Shown here: piece after piece, positions 33,156-44,084 of the stretch
How the letters are laid out: every line of letters starts with the position of its first letter
Numbering within the stretch: position 1 is the stretch's first letter
Assembly (NCBI GenBank): GCA_965277405.1
Contig: OZ255726.1
Coordinates: forward strand, 1,248,001-1,312,000
DNA from: Gammaproteobacteria bacterium
GTDB taxonomy: Bacteria > Pseudomonadota > Gammaproteobacteria > G965277405
DNA length: 64,000 nt
Reading direction: 5' to 3'
Translations under genes and position numbers: made by a program
The notes under the pieces: model-generated
Databases searched by the model: none
What the model was told of the DNA's origin: nothing
Seen by the model: the letters and a program-made list of their open reading frames with translations, nothing else

Positions 33156-34570
33156 CGTATCCCCATCGTCTCATCGCTTGGCACTTGGTCATGCCACACA
33201 GTTGCTCGCTGAAAGGCATCGACGACACGCAACAGCAGCGATTCATCAAAATAATTAGCCATTAATTGCATGCCAATTGGCATTTCATCGAGGGGTTGTA
33301 ATGGAAAAGCTAGCGCAGGTATCCCTGCCAAGTTTGCAGCAACTGTGTATAAATCTTGCTGGTACATGGTTACAGGATCACTTAATTGCCCAAGTTTTGG
33401 CGCAATACTCGGCGCGACAGGCGCCGCAATCACGTCTATTTGAGTAAACGCTGCAACGAAATCATTCTTGATTTTACGTCGCAGTTTTTGCGCATGCACA
33501 TAATATGCATCGTGATACCCGTGCGACAATACAAATGTCCCAAGCAAAATACGGCGTTGCAACTCTGCTCCAAATCCCTCTGACCGCGAGCGCATATACA
33601 TGTCTTCTAAACTTTGTGGGTCTGCGCAGCGATATCCATAGCGAATGCCATCGTACCGCGACATATTCGATGAGCATTCCGCCAGCGCTAACACATAGTA
33701 CGCAGGCAACGACGCTGCCATGCTCGCCAATTCGATTGGTAGCACCGTCGCCCCGAGTGTTTGCATCACGGTGATAGCTGCATCAATCCGTTGGCGAATT
33801 GCAGGGTCGAGCTGTTCATTAAAGAACTGCGACGGTATGCCAATTCTTACCCCAGCAATATCTCCTGTCAGCTGTTTGCTGTACGCATCAACAGCAACAG
33901 CGGCGCTGGTTGAATCGCGTGGATCATGCCCGGCGATACTCGCTAGCACTGGTGCAATATCTGCTGCGCTATGAGCAAAAATACCCGCTTGATCGAAACT
34001 CGAAGCAAAGGCAATCAGCCCCCAGCGTGATACTCGACCATACGTTGGCTTTAATGCAGATACGCCACAATACGCAGCAGGTAACCGCACCGAACCGCCT
34101 GTATCTGAGCCAATTGCTACTGGAACACAACCACTGCTAACTGATGCGGCGCAACCTCCAGACGAACCTCCAGCAACACGCGTTGGATCCCAAGGATTTT
34201 TACAAGCGCCAAAATAGCTATTCTCATTCGTTGAACCCATGGCAAATTCATCCATATTTGCCTTACCAACTATCACAGTATTTGCTGCTGCTAACCGCTC
34301 AACCACATGTGCATCATACGCTGGAACAAAATGTTCAAGCATTTTAGAACCGCATGTTGTAGCTATCCCAGCGGTACAAAAAATATCTTTTAAGGCAATC
34401 GGCACGCCTGCAATACCATTACCATAGGCAATTGGTTGTGCGTCAGCATTTAAAGAAATGAATGCATTTAATAATTGATTTACCTGATGGCAACGTTGCT
34501 GAACGCCACGCCAAGCATCAGCCTCACCATGGCGTTGCGCCAGTGCTCTAAATTTTGCAATCGTTGCCAT
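33152..34570 (-). CDS. gatA: Asp/Glu-tRNA amidotransferase subunit A
   Basis: GKANMDEFAMGS, GGSSGG and GSDTGGSVR. Start at ATG 34570 with AAGGAG SD. Confidence 0.95.
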   Translation of the reverse strand: MATIAKFRALAQRHGEADAWRGVQQRCHQVNQLLNAFISLNADAQPIAYGNGIAGVPIALKDIFCTAGIATTCGSKMLEHFVPAYDAHVVERLAAANTVIVGKANMDEFAMGSTNENSYFGACKNPWDPTRVAGGSSGGCAASVSSGCVPVAIGSDTGGSVRLPAAYCGVSALKPTYGRVSRWGLIAFASSFDQAGIFAHSAADIAPVLASIAGHDPRDSTSAAVAVDAYSKQLTGDIAGVRIGIPSQFFNEQLDPAIRQRIDAAITVMQTLGATVLPIELASMAASLPAYYVLALAECSSNMSRYDGIRYGYRCADPQSLEDMYMRSRSEGFGAELQRRILLGTFVLSHGYHDAYYVHAQKLRRKIKNDFVAAFTQIDVIAAPVAPSIAPKLGQLSDPVTMYQQDLYTVAANLAGIPALAFPLQPLDEMPIGMQLMANYFDESLLLRVVDAFQRATVWHDQVPSDETMGIR

Positions 34571-34596
34571 ATATGTTTTTATCTCCTTTGAATTAG

Positions 34597-34883
34597 GGAA
34601 CCTCTGATTAAGTCGCTGATGGAGCGAGTTTGCCTGCAATTGCTGATGATTGCAAGGCGCAAACCGCTGAGCGCATGCCGAGCTATACGCCAAGGGATGC
34701 AACACAGAAAGAGTAAGCAATTGCAGCAAACTCAAAGTATAATCAACAGATGGACGGGAAAAAAAGCTGCGCTAACGTCGTTGCAGCACTAGATAATACC
34801 ACCAGTATTATCTGCGCACTGCGTCTAGTTATCATCAGCGTTTTTTCTCCGTCTCGCCCATCATGGACTTAATCAGAGCTTCC
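34597..34883 (-). mobile_element. MITE copy M2
   Basis: Full element in reverse orientation with matching TTAG duplication at 34593-34596 and 34884-34887. Confidence 0.92.
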
Positions 34884-34927
34884 TTAGTAGAAAATACTGC
34901 AATATTCGATGCTACAACATACATAGG

Positions 34928-35518
34928 TTACTGCGGATTTTTATCAGGTCCTTTATACCGTTCAACAATGCTATCTACATCCTTGCGCACCAGCAAATCT
35001 CTTGCTCTGTTCATAGCTGATCGTGCGGAGAACGGCCCTAACCGAGTGCGATACCATACGGCTTTATTGCTATCCGTATACGTTGCTAATCCAACTCGCT
35101 GAATGCCGTGTAGAATTAACCAAAGCCGCAGTTTCTCTGCCTCTTGCTTGGTTCCCATTAATTCTGTTCGCAACCAATACTGGTAATTTGAGGCAATTCC
35201 TGATTCAATATCAACTGTTGTATCAAGTAATGGTTGTTGCAGTTCCTCATAAAACTCAAATCGCTCTTGTCGTTTTTCTGGGATATCAATTGGTTGTTGC
35301 CGCACTATTTTTTCTGGCTTTTTTTCTAGTATTATTGGTGGCGGCTTGGGTTGCTGTTGCGGCTTAGCAAGCTGTTGCATCACCACATATACAACTAAGG
35401 TAATTGCTAATATCCAACCGCTGATCGTCAAAATATATTTTGACCATGGCTCTTTTGGTTGTTGCCCAGGAGGTGGCGTTGCTTCTTCCTCAAGATGAAT
35501 ATTGGCATAATCTTTCAT
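34928..35518 (-). CDS. SPOR-domain cell division protein (FtsN-like)
   Basis: N-terminal TM helix, FEFYEEL motif and C-terminal WYRTRLGPF SPOR-like segment; follows argS. Confidence 0.75.
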   Translation of the reverse strand: MKDYANIHLEEEATPPPGQQPKEPWSKYILTISGWILAITLVVYVVMQQLAKPQQQPKPPPIILEKKPEKIVRQQPIDIPEKRQERFEFYEELQQPLLDTTVDIESGIASNYQYWLRTELMGTKQEAEKLRLWLILHGIQRVGLATYTDSNKAVWYRTRLGPFSARSAMNRARDLLVRKDVDSIVERYKGPDKNPQ

Positions 35519-35541
35519 ATATACGACAGCAACCTCTGATA

Positions 35542-37266
35542 CTACATTTTGTCTGACGCGGTGATATTCAGCAACTCTAAGCCGTTCGCAATCACTTGCT
35601 TGCATGCCACGCACAACAACAGCCTGCTTACGCGTAATTGCTCATCTGCTTCATGCAGTACAGGAATATTGGCATACCAGCCATGAAACGATGCCGCTAA
35701 ATCACGCAAATATAATGGAATACGGTGTGGCTCGCGGGCGCTCGCACTTTTTTCGATAACCTGTGAAAAACGCTGAATATTGCGCAATACTGCGGTGCTG
35801 TATGTATCGGTAAGCGGTTGAGATGATGTGGCAATATTTGCCATATCAGCAGCAGAGGCTTTTGCCAGCAATTGCGCAGCACGGGCGTGCGCATACTGCA
35901 CATAATACAGAGGGTTATCATTGCTTTGGCTCACAGCTAAATCTAAATCAAAATCCAGATGTTGATCACTGCGTCTAAGTAAATAAAAAAACCGAGCAGC
36001 TGCGCATGATGTTTGCGTGATCAACTCTTGCAAACTGACAAATTCGCCACGTCGCGTCGACATCGATACTTTTTTGCCATCTTTAATCAAATTAGCAAAC
36101 TGGACAACCACCACCTCAAAGGCAGCTACGTTCAAACCGAGCGCTTGAATAGCAGCGCGTAGCCGTGCGATATAGCCATGATGGTCTGCGCCAAAAACAT
36201 TTATTATTTCATCGTAGTTACGGTCAAATTTATTGACATGGTAGGCAATATCAACCGCAAAATAGGTATAACTGCCATTGCTGCGTTTGAGAACTCTATC
36301 TTTGTCATCACCAAATTGGCTGGAACGTAGCCACTGCGCTCCGTAGTGCTCGTATACCAAATCAAGTCCATCAAGCCGCGCGATAACCGCAGCCACCTGA
36401 TCGGCATCTGTCTGCACCAGGCTTGATTCATGAAACCAATGCTGGAAGTCAACGCCAAACGCAGCCAAATCAGCGCGGATGAGTTGTAGGTTTGCAGCAG
36501 CAACCATAGCACTCACTGGTTGATACTCTGCACCAATATCGCGTTTCAACGCGACGATGGCCGCATCGATGGCGCTATCGTCAATTTTTTCTGCAGTTAG
36601 CGGTGTCGGGCGCACCAAGCCATCACCATATTGTTGCCGCAACTGTAGCGCCACGTCTGCAACGTATGCTCCTTGATACAGTCCTGCGGCAATTTGTTGC
36701 TTGGAGTCATACAGTTGTAGATAGCGCAACCAGGCAGAAAGTGTGAGAATATCCATCTGACGTCCAGCATCATTGACATAGTATTCGCGTGCTACGCAAT
36801 ACCCTGCTGCTGTCATTACATTGGCAAGCGTTGCCCCATATGCCGCACCACGCCCGTGGCCAACATGCAGCGGTCCTGTGGGGTTTGCTGAAACAAATTC
36901 TATCAATGCCCGCTTCCCAGCATGTTGGCTATTCCTGCCATAGGCAGTAGCTAGTTGTCTGACTTGGTGCAACACCGCAAATTGCTGTGCTGTGCATAGA
37001 TAGAAATTGAGGAATCCAGCGCCTGCAACCTCAATCTTTTGTATATCAGGACTGCTGATTGCCTGCGCAAGTAACTTGGCAATCTGCCGTGGTGCCATCT
37101 GCCATGACTTTGCAAGTTGCAAGGCGATATTGCACGAAAAATCCCCATGAAATTGGTTTTTTGGAGTTTCTATATGTATCTCAAGCGCAACAACTGGTTT
37201 TGCATGCGCGATAGCAATGGTATTCAGCGCTACGCTAACATCTGCGGTCAATTGACATTTATCCAT
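35542..37266 (-). CDS. argS: Arginyl-tRNA synthetase
   Basis: EFVSANPTGPLHVGHGR, GADHHGY, MSTRRG and YVQYAHAR. Confidence 0.96.
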   Translation of the reverse strand: MDKCQLTADVSVALNTIAIAHAKPVVALEIHIETPKNQFHGDFSCNIALQLAKSWQMAPRQIAKLLAQAISSPDIQKIEVAGAGFLNFYLCTAQQFAVLHQVRQLATAYGRNSQHAGKRALIEFVSANPTGPLHVGHGRGAAYGATLANVMTAAGYCVAREYYVNDAGRQMDILTLSAWLRYLQLYDSKQQIAAGLYQGAYVADVALQLRQQYGDGLVRPTPLTAEKIDDSAIDAAIVALKRDIGAEYQPVSAMVAAANLQLIRADLAAFGVDFQHWFHESSLVQTDADQVAAVIARLDGLDLVYEHYGAQWLRSSQFGDDKDRVLKRSNGSYTYFAVDIAYHVNKFDRNYDEIINVFGADHHGYIARLRAAIQALGLNVAAFEVVVVQFANLIKDGKKVSMSTRRGEFVSLQELITQTSCAAARFFYLLRRSDQHLDFDLDLAVSQSNDNPLYYVQYAHARAAQLLAKASAADMANIATSSQPLTDTYSTAVLRNIQRFSQVIEKSASAREPHRIPLYLRDLAASFHGWYANIPVLHEADEQLRVSRLLLCVACKQVIANGLELLNITASDKM

Positions 37267-37269
37267 TTC

Positions 37270-38649
37270 CTAAATGTCAAACCATGCGTTCACACGTTGT
37301 ACAAATTGCTCTTGATCCAGCTGACCTGCCAGCAACAACAGATAGAAATACTTATTCACAAAATTGTATCGTGCCAACAGCCGTTTATTACTCACATCAA
37401 AATATTGTTCTTGTGCTGTCAACAAATCAAGTTGGTCGCGGGTGCCGCTCAACACTGACAGCCGCATCAGCTCAACTCGATCACGCTTTGCTTGAATACC
37501 CATTTCGAGTGATCGTATTTGGATCAACGCCAGCTGCATATCATCATATGTCTGATACACTCCGCGTTTTTTTTGCAGTTTTTGCTCAGCAATGCCTACC
37601 GAAGTTGATTGATACGAATACTCTGCTTGCTGTATTGCAGCTGTCGTCGCCCCGCCTGTGTACAAAGGGTAGGTAACAGTAATTCCTACAGTACTCTGAA
37701 ATTGTTGCGCAACAGCAGTGTTTGGATTATACAGCTGTGACACGCCAGCTGTTAGTTGTACCCGCATGCTATTTTTGCTCTCAGCAATGGCTATTTTTTT
37801 GTTGGCAACAGCGAAATCCAATTGTAGTAATTGCATTATATAGCCATGATTGATGGCTTGATCAACCCAATACTCTTTGCTGTTGACTGGCATCACATAC
37901 ACAGCACCTTGACGCAAAGCTATTACCTCGACGGTACTCATACCAACCATATCTTCGAGGAAAATAAGTGCTTGATCATACAAGAACTCCTGCTCGTGTT
38001 TTTTTGCACTAACTGCCGCTAACTCTGCTTGCGTTGCTAACACATCTAGCTTGGTGCGTGTTCCAGCTTGAAACTGCTCGCGTGTTTGTCTGTCAATTGT
38101 TGCTAGCTGATTGATTTGTGTCTCTAATAAACTAATGACATCTTGCAATTGCAGCACTGCCAGATACGCACTTGCCAAGTAATAGTGGAAGAGTTGATAT
38201 TGATACGCAACATTCTTCTGTGCCTGCAAATACGTGGTATGAGCAACGCTAACTTCTTGACTCGTGCCAGCATTATATAAATCATATTGCCCATCAACAG
38301 CAATTCTTGTTGATTGCGTATGCAATGGATTGCGCTGCTGGTCTTGCTTTGCCTTCCATGTATAACTATGGCTCACAGATGCAGCTAGTGTTGGTTTAGT
38401 TTTACTCAAAACAGCATCAATAGCGCTTTTTGCTGTTTTTTGCGCTAATACAGACTGTTGAATTGACTCACTTGACTGGTAGCCACTCTGCAAGGCTGCC
38501 GCAAGATCCAAGGCAAAAATGCTTGTCGATAATGGCAGTGCTACGAGGAATGCGAAGGCGCTTTTTGTCGCGCAATGTTTACTGAGCAAGTGCCAGCAAC
38601 AGAAAAATTTATTGTATAACATAAGGGCTTCACAGTGGTAGAACTTCAT
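37270..38649 (-). CDS. TolC-family outer membrane efflux protein (start uncertain)
   Basis: Two OEP repeats (GTRTKLDVL, GTRDQLDLL) and PLYTGG. Confidence 0.85.
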   Translation of the reverse strand: MKFYHCEALMLYNKFFCCWHLLSKHCATKSAFAFLVALPLSTSIFALDLAAALQSGYQSSESIQQSVLAQKTAKSAIDAVLSKTKPTLAASVSHSYTWKAKQDQQRNPLHTQSTRIAVDGQYDLYNAGTSQEVSVAHTTYLQAQKNVAYQYQLFHYYLASAYLAVLQLQDVISLLETQINQLATIDRQTREQFQAGTRTKLDVLATQAELAAVSAKKHEQEFLYDQALIFLEDMVGMSTVEVIALRQGAVYVMPVNSKEYWVDQAINHGYIMQLLQLDFAVANKKIAIAESKNSMRVQLTAGVSQLYNPNTAVAQQFQSTVGITVTYPLYTGGATTAAIQQAEYSYQSTSVGIAEQKLQKKRGVYQTYDDMQLALIQIRSLEMGIQAKRDRVELMRLSVLSGTRDQLDLLTAQEQYFDVSNKRLLARYNFVNKYFYLLLLAGQLDQEQFVQRVNAWFDI

Positions 38650-38729
38650 TCAGCACATACTATTGTACTTGTACGCTACAGTCGCAAGTATTTGCAATAA
38701 GAAAGTGTTTATATCACCACCATTTATTC

Positions 38730-40643
38730 ATGCTCAAAACCTTTAATACCATTCCATCACAACGCCCGATAACGGCACTCCTTGACAGCGTGAGCACACC
38801 AAAAGATATCAAGAATTTTTCGCACGAACAACTTATTGAATTAGCCAATCAACTCCGTGAGTTTTTATTGTTTTCTGTTGGTCAATCTGGTGGTCATTTT
38901 GGTGCTGGTTTAGGTGTTATAGAGCTCACCGTCTGCTTGCATTATCTGCTTGATACGCCGCATGACAAATTGATTTGGGACGTAGGTCATCAGGCTTATC
39001 CGCATAAGATATTGACGGGCCGTCGTCAGCTTTTGCCAACGATTCGTCAACAGGGCGGGCTTTCCCCTTTTCCAAAACGCAGCGAAAGTCAATACGATGC
39101 GTTTGGTGTCGGGCATTCTAGTACGTCTATTAGCGCTGCATTAGGGATGGCGACTGGCTTGCAGCAGCAGCAAAAAAACAACAAAATTGTTGCGGTGATT
39201 GGTGATGGTGCACTTACCGCAGGAATGGCGTTTGAAGCGCTTAATCATGCTGGTGCAATCCATGCCAATATATTAATAATTTATAACGACAATGACATGT
39301 CAATTTCATTGAACGTTGGGGCGTTATCCAAAATATCTGCAAATTTCTTTTCTGGGAACATTTACACACGAACGCGTTTAGGGTTGAAAAAAATACTCAG
39401 CTATACCCCTATATTGCTCGATATTGCCAAACGTTTTGAAGCTCATACCAAAGGGTTTGTTGTCCCTCCTTCGTCGTTGTTCGAAGCTTTTGGCATTAAT
39501 TATATTGGGCCAATAGACGGTCATAATATTGCTATGCTGACAAATACCATTCGCAACTTACTTGCGCTGGAAGGCCCGCAGGTTTTGCATATTCGCACTG
39601 TCAAAGGCAAAGGCTTTATCCCAGCTGAAAATAATCCGATTGGCTACCATGCTCTCAATAAAATATTAAAAAAACCACTACAGCAGCCAATTGCAATTCG
39701 TAAGAAATATTCGCAAATATTTGGTGAATGGGCCGTTGATATGGCAGCTGTGGATCAAAAACTGCATGTGATCACTCCTGCAATGGTTGAAGGCTCTGGT
39801 CTTGTTGAATTTGCCAAAAAATTTCCAAATCGCTGCCATGATGTTGGGATAGCAGAACAACATGCAGTCACCTTTGCCGCAGGGCTTGCAGGTGTCCAAC
39901 ATAAGCCGATTGTGGCTATTTATTCAACTTTTTTGCAACGAGCGTATGATCAGGTAATCCATGATGTATGTTTACAGAACCTCGATGTCACTTTTGCAAT
40001 TGATCGTGCTGGCTTTGTTGGTGAAGATGGTCCATCGCACGCTGGCAGTTTTGATATAGCATTCTTACGCTGCATCCCCAATATGGTAATTATGTGCCCT
40101 AAAGATGAGCGGCAATGCAGGCAAATGCTGTCTACTGCGTATGCATTCACAGGCCCTGCTGCTGTGCGTTATCCGCGCGGAGAAGGTTCTGGTATACACA
40201 CATGCAACAATCTTGACCCTTGGCCAATGACCACAAGTGAAGTAATCTATCAGCTAGATAGTATTGATATTGCCCTGCACTCTGGTGTTATTTATGCTTT
40301 TGGTACTCTCTGTGCAGCAGCGCAAATTATTGGTAAAAAGCTTGGATACCTTGTCATTAATATGTGCTTTGTCAAACCACTTGATACCGATATTCTTGAT
40401 GCAACTATAGATGTCGCCAACAAAGTAACAATCGAAGAAGGCTGCAAATTTGGCGGCGCAGGCTCGGCAATAAATGAATATTTTCTTACGCAAGGTCAAC
40501 GCCTGCACATATGCAACCTTGGCATTGAAGATGAATATATCGAACATGGCAGCCGCAGTTTTCAACTGCAACATGCCGGTTTAACGGCTGAAAAAATGGC
40601 AGCGCGCATTGCAATGTTTTTTGGCAGTAATGAAGCAACGTAG
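38730..40643 (+). CDS. dxs: 1-deoxy-D-xylulose-5-phosphate synthase
   Basis: WDVGHQAYPHKILTGR, GHSSTSISA, DVGIAEQHAVT and YSTFLQRAYDQ. Confidence 0.97.
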   Translation: MLKTFNTIPSQRPITALLDSVSTPKDIKNFSHEQLIELANQLREFLLFSVGQSGGHFGAGLGVIELTVCLHYLLDTPHDKLIWDVGHQAYPHKILTGRRQLLPTIRQQGGLSPFPKRSESQYDAFGVGHSSTSISAALGMATGLQQQQKNNKIVAVIGDGALTAGMAFEALNHAGAIHANILIIYNDNDMSISLNVGALSKISANFFSGNIYTRTRLGLKKILSYTPILLDIAKRFEAHTKGFVVPPSSLFEAFGINYIGPIDGHNIAMLTNTIRNLLALEGPQVLHIRTVKGKGFIPAENNPIGYHALNKILKKPLQQPIAIRKKYSQIFGEWAVDMAAVDQKLHVITPAMVEGSGLVEFAKKFPNRCHDVGIAEQHAVTFAAGLAGVQHKPIVAIYSTFLQRAYDQVIHDVCLQNLDVTFAIDRAGFVGEDGPSHAGSFDIAFLRCIPNMVIMCPKDERQCRQMLSTAYAFTGPAAVRYPRGEGSGIHTCNNLDPWPMTTSEVIYQLDSIDIALHSGVIYAFGTLCAAAQIIGKKLGYLVINMCFVKPLDTDILDATIDVANKVTIEEGCKFGGAGSAINEYFLTQGQRLHICNLGIEDEYIEHGSRSFQLQHAGLTAEKMAARIAMFFGSNEAT

Positions 40644-42030
40644 CCTATTAACCACAACGGTTTTTGCATCAATCTGTGCGGTAATTTTGATTGTAAGCGT
40701 AATTGCAATTTATCAAAGCTGGCATAACAGCCTCGTCAATACTCCACAATATTCCACGCGTTTTGGCTTTACCAATCAAAGCCAAATAGTCAATAATAAT
40801 ACTATTCGCCATATTGGATTATCCCAAGCATTTACATTCAGCAATCAAGTTTCTCACGATTGGAGTAGCGTTGCATTTGTCCGTAACTCCAATCTTTTAC
40901 AAGCATTGGTTGACATGCAAATAGACATTGCGATTACACCATGTTCGACTGTTTTTGCTAACAATGATGCACTCATTCCAATACCTGCAAAGCAGGCTAA
41001 TACGTACCATTTCATTCACTCTGGGGCAACCCAACCAATTTCATTTGCCAATCTAAGCGCTGATCAGTTAACTATATTCCCAGAATTATTACCAAAAGCT
41101 GTGATAAATGAAATACAGGAGAACATCGCGTTATATAACCTTGAGGAACAGTCGTTGCCAATCGCCGAGCTGTCCAATTACATATCTCAGCTCGCAGGTA
41201 GCGGCAAAGTAACAATACTCAGCAGTATTGATTTTTATATGTTACAGCATCAGTTTTCTAGTCTCAGACGCGGAACAGCACTGCATGCTGTTTCTTATCC
41301 AACGTGGTGGGTTACCAAAAACAACATCCTACTCGCTGAGCAAATTAATACCTTCGCAAAACAAATGCCTTTATTCATTTCTAAGCAAAATGTGTCGCCG
41401 TCGTTCTTGAGTAATGCTCGAACAAGATTGCCGACTTATATTGATTTATTTCATACCGCAGCACAGCAATACAGTTTCCCTTGGCAGTTAATTGCGGCAA
41501 TAAGCTATCAGGAATCTCATTGGAATAAAGACGCAGTTTCACCCACAGGAGTTCGCGGTCTGATGATGCTAACTCAGGCAACAGCAGCAGATATTGGGAT
41601 AACAGACCGAACTAACCCAACCCAAAGCGTTTTCGGTGGCACTTATTATCTCAATGACCTTTTTTTACGCCTACCTGCATCAATTCATGATGACGATAGG
41701 ACGCGGTTTGCGCTAGCTGCATATAATATTGGAATGGGTCATTTAGAGGATGCCAGAGTGATTGCCCAAGCACGAGGACAAGACCCAAACTCCTGGCAGG
41801 CCGTACGGCAAACACTGCCGTTGCTTGAAAACCCAAATTGGTACAGCTACAGTAAATTTGGCTATGCCCGTGGCAATGAGCCCGTGCAATATATAGCAAG
41901 AATTGAACAGTATTTTTTATTTCTTATGCAACTCCACGCTACGATTGATGATACCGTCGGTATACTTGCCCCCCAACCTCAATTTAACATCACCAATGCG
42001 CTTACTTCATTATCAAATATACGTTGGTGA
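40630..42030 (+). CDS. MltF-like lytic transglycosylase (degenerate N-terminal domain)
   Basis: YQESHW, GVRGLMMLT, AAYNIG and GYARGNEPVQY SLT motifs. Confidence 0.85.
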   Translation: MKQRSLLTTTVFASICAVILIVSVIAIYQSWHNSLVNTPQYSTRFGFTNQSQIVNNNTIRHIGLSQAFTFSNQVSHDWSSVAFVRNSNLLQALVDMQIDIAITPCSTVFANNDALIPIPAKQANTYHFIHSGATQPISFANLSADQLTIFPELLPKAVINEIQENIALYNLEEQSLPIAELSNYISQLAGSGKVTILSSIDFYMLQHQFSSLRRGTALHAVSYPTWWVTKNNILLAEQINTFAKQMPLFISKQNVSPSFLSNARTRLPTYIDLFHTAAQQYSFPWQLIAAISYQESHWNKDAVSPTGVRGLMMLTQATAADIGITDRTNPTQSVFGGTYYLNDLFLRLPASIHDDDRTRFALAAYNIGMGHLEDARVIAQARGQDPNSWQAVRQTLPLLENPNWYSYSKFGYARGNEPVQYIARIEQYFLFLMQLHATIDDTVGILAPQPQFNITNALTSLSNIRW

Positions 42031-42032
42031 GC

Positions 42033-42227
42033 ATGGATATTCCTGAAAACTGTCAATCATTTTTTATTGCTGGGGCGCAGTGCACCCAATGCAAAGCAAT
42101 TGATACCACAAAATTAGTCTGTGATGCCGATAAAAATGTGTTGGCTACATTTTGCATTGAATGTGGCTTTGTCCATGACAACTCTATCGTATCATCAGTA
42201 ATCGCAACATCGCATACCATTCAATAG
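42033..42227 (+). CDS. YheV-like zinc-ribbon protein
   Basis: FIAGAQCTQC..DT...CIECGF. Confidence 0.7.
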   Translation: MDIPENCQSFFIAGAQCTQCKAIDTTKLVCDADKNVLATFCIECGFVHDNSIVSSVIATSHTIQ

Positions 42228-42237
42228 CGCCGCATAC

Positions 42238-43026
42238 ATGGATGTTTTACAAACTATTGTTCAAGCAAAACATGCTGAAATTAAGCAAATACAACTAAAA
42301 AAGATTTTTTCAAACCCAATGCCGCGCGGTTTTTTTCAGCACATCACCGCAGCTATAGCTGCGCGAAAACCCGCAATCATAGCGGAAATAAAAAAAGCAT
42401 CTCCATCGGCTGGCATAATCAAAGAAAATATGAATGTTGCTGAAATTGCTATTGAATATGAGCTGAATGGAGCGACATGTCTATCAGTCCTTACTGATTC
42501 ACAGTTTTTTCAAGGGTCCCTTGAAAACATGAAAATAGCCCGTGCGACCACCCAACTGCCGGTGCTACGCAAGGATTTCATTATAGACCAAATACAAATT
42601 GAGCAATCTTGGCAGCTCGGCGCCGACTGCATATTGCTCATCGCTGCTATTCTCACAGATGCGCAAATTAAGCTATTTACCACAACCGCACTCGATTTTG
42701 GGCTTGATGTTTTGTTGGAAGTTCATACATCGGCTGAGCTAAACAGAGTGGAGCCAATCCTTGGTAGCCGTGTCCTGCTGGGAATCAATAACCGCAATCT
42801 AACGACATTTACAACCAATATTACAACGACAACAACGCTAATGGCGACCATAAATGCCAATCACCCTGCAAAGAGATTCATTGTTACTGAAAGTGGAATT
42901 CGCAGTGCCACAGATGTTGAGTTTTTTATCAACAACAACGTGTATGGGTTTCTTATTGGTGAATCACTGATGCGCAGCCCTTCCCCTGGAGGTGAATTGC
43001 GCAAGCTTTTCTTAGGGAAGCTCTGA
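42238..43026 (+). CDS. trpC: Indole-3-glycerol phosphate synthase
   Basis: IAEIKKASPSAG, PVLRKDFI, GINNRNL and LIGESLM. The last codons and the TGA come from the IS TIR. Confidence 0.93.
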   Translation: MDVLQTIVQAKHAEIKQIQLKKIFSNPMPRGFFQHITAAIAARKPAIIAEIKKASPSAGIIKENMNVAEIAIEYELNGATCLSVLTDSQFFQGSLENMKIARATTQLPVLRKDFIIDQIQIEQSWQLGADCILLIAAILTDAQIKLFTTTALDFGLDVLLEVHTSAELNRVEPILGSRVLLGINNRNLTTFTTNITTTTTLMATINANHPAKRFIVTESGIRSATDVEFFINNNVYGFLIGESLMRSPSPGGELRKLFLGKL

Positions 43027-43853
43027 TTAAGACTCGCATATACTCCAATAACTCTCATATACTCCAAGAACTCGCATACACTCCAAGAAAGCAATAACAA
43101 TAATTTTCAATGGTCAATATTTGACCATTTCGCTGATCTTTTGTTGCTGTTTTACTGTTTTTTATTGTTTTTCTTGAATTTTGGGCGGTTCTATCCTGTT
43201 AGTCGTCCGCGCAGCATGTATAAGTTCGTCAATGCAAGCAAAGAAAATACTTGTACTCGATTCTTTGCTAGTCCTTTGTAGCGAGCTTTCTGATAACCAA
43301 ACTGACATTTGATTACGCGAAAACAGTGCTCAATCCGTGCGCACCTTAGAGTTCTGTGTATTGCGTTGGCGCGGCGCTCATTGGCTGCTGTGGTTTACGT
43401 TTATCATTCACGCGCCAATCTATGCCAAGGTGACGCGAGCCGCGTTTATAACTGTCGCTCGTATATCCTGCATCGGCAAAGATAACCTTATCTGTTTCAC
43501 GCAGCAATTTGGGGAGTTCATTGATGTCAGCTGCATTCGCGGCTGTCACTGTCGCGCTATGAACCATATAAGACCATTGTATTAACATGTACACGGAGCA
43601 GCGTTTGCAGCGGATATTGTGGTCGACCGCCTGTTGTGCGCAGTTTTAGTATAGTGTTTAGCGATAACTTCACCTAACTGCTGCCATGGAATAACAACTG
43701 CTAATTTCTCAAGAAGTATTTCTGTACGGGTTTTAGTTGCTGATGTGCGTATTCCAACTCAGCAAACGTCATTTGCTGTATATCAATTCTCAAAAACAAT
43801 AGTTAGAGCATTATGGTAAATTAGTTGGGTTTTTTTGGTTTTTCAGAGATGCC
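43016..43853 (-). mobile_element. Chimeric degenerate IS5-family remnant
   Basis: 43016-~43569 is the right part of IS type A. ~43570-43853 is the left end of a different IS5 element (GGCATCTCTGAAAAAC; QQMTFAELEY, IPWQQL, GRPQYPL). Flanked by TTAG and CTAG. Confidence 0.8.
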
Positions 43854-44084
43854 CTAGTAGAGTTTAGCTGTACTTGTATATTATTGCTTGAATCTTTTTC
43901 GTATTTTAAAATATTGTCGGCATCCTTTTTCAGCCTGAATCGCAACATTTAATTTATAAAAAATTCATTTTTAATTCATTTATTTTGTGTTTGCGCATAT
44001 TTTTATAATAGTAAATATTTGACAATATTTTGTATTTTACCTGAATTTATACACAATATAGTGTAATATATTATTTTATCACTT

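Noticed and set aside
34571-34735. 54-aa N-terminal extension of GatA
   Set aside because: It is mostly MITE-derived, and a strong SD precedes ATG 34570.
43951-43983. 11-bp-periodic AATTYAT repeats upstream of GDPD as a Pho box
   Set aside because: Poor match to CTGTCAT in a very AT-rich tract, and the spacing to the nearest TATAAT does not fit.
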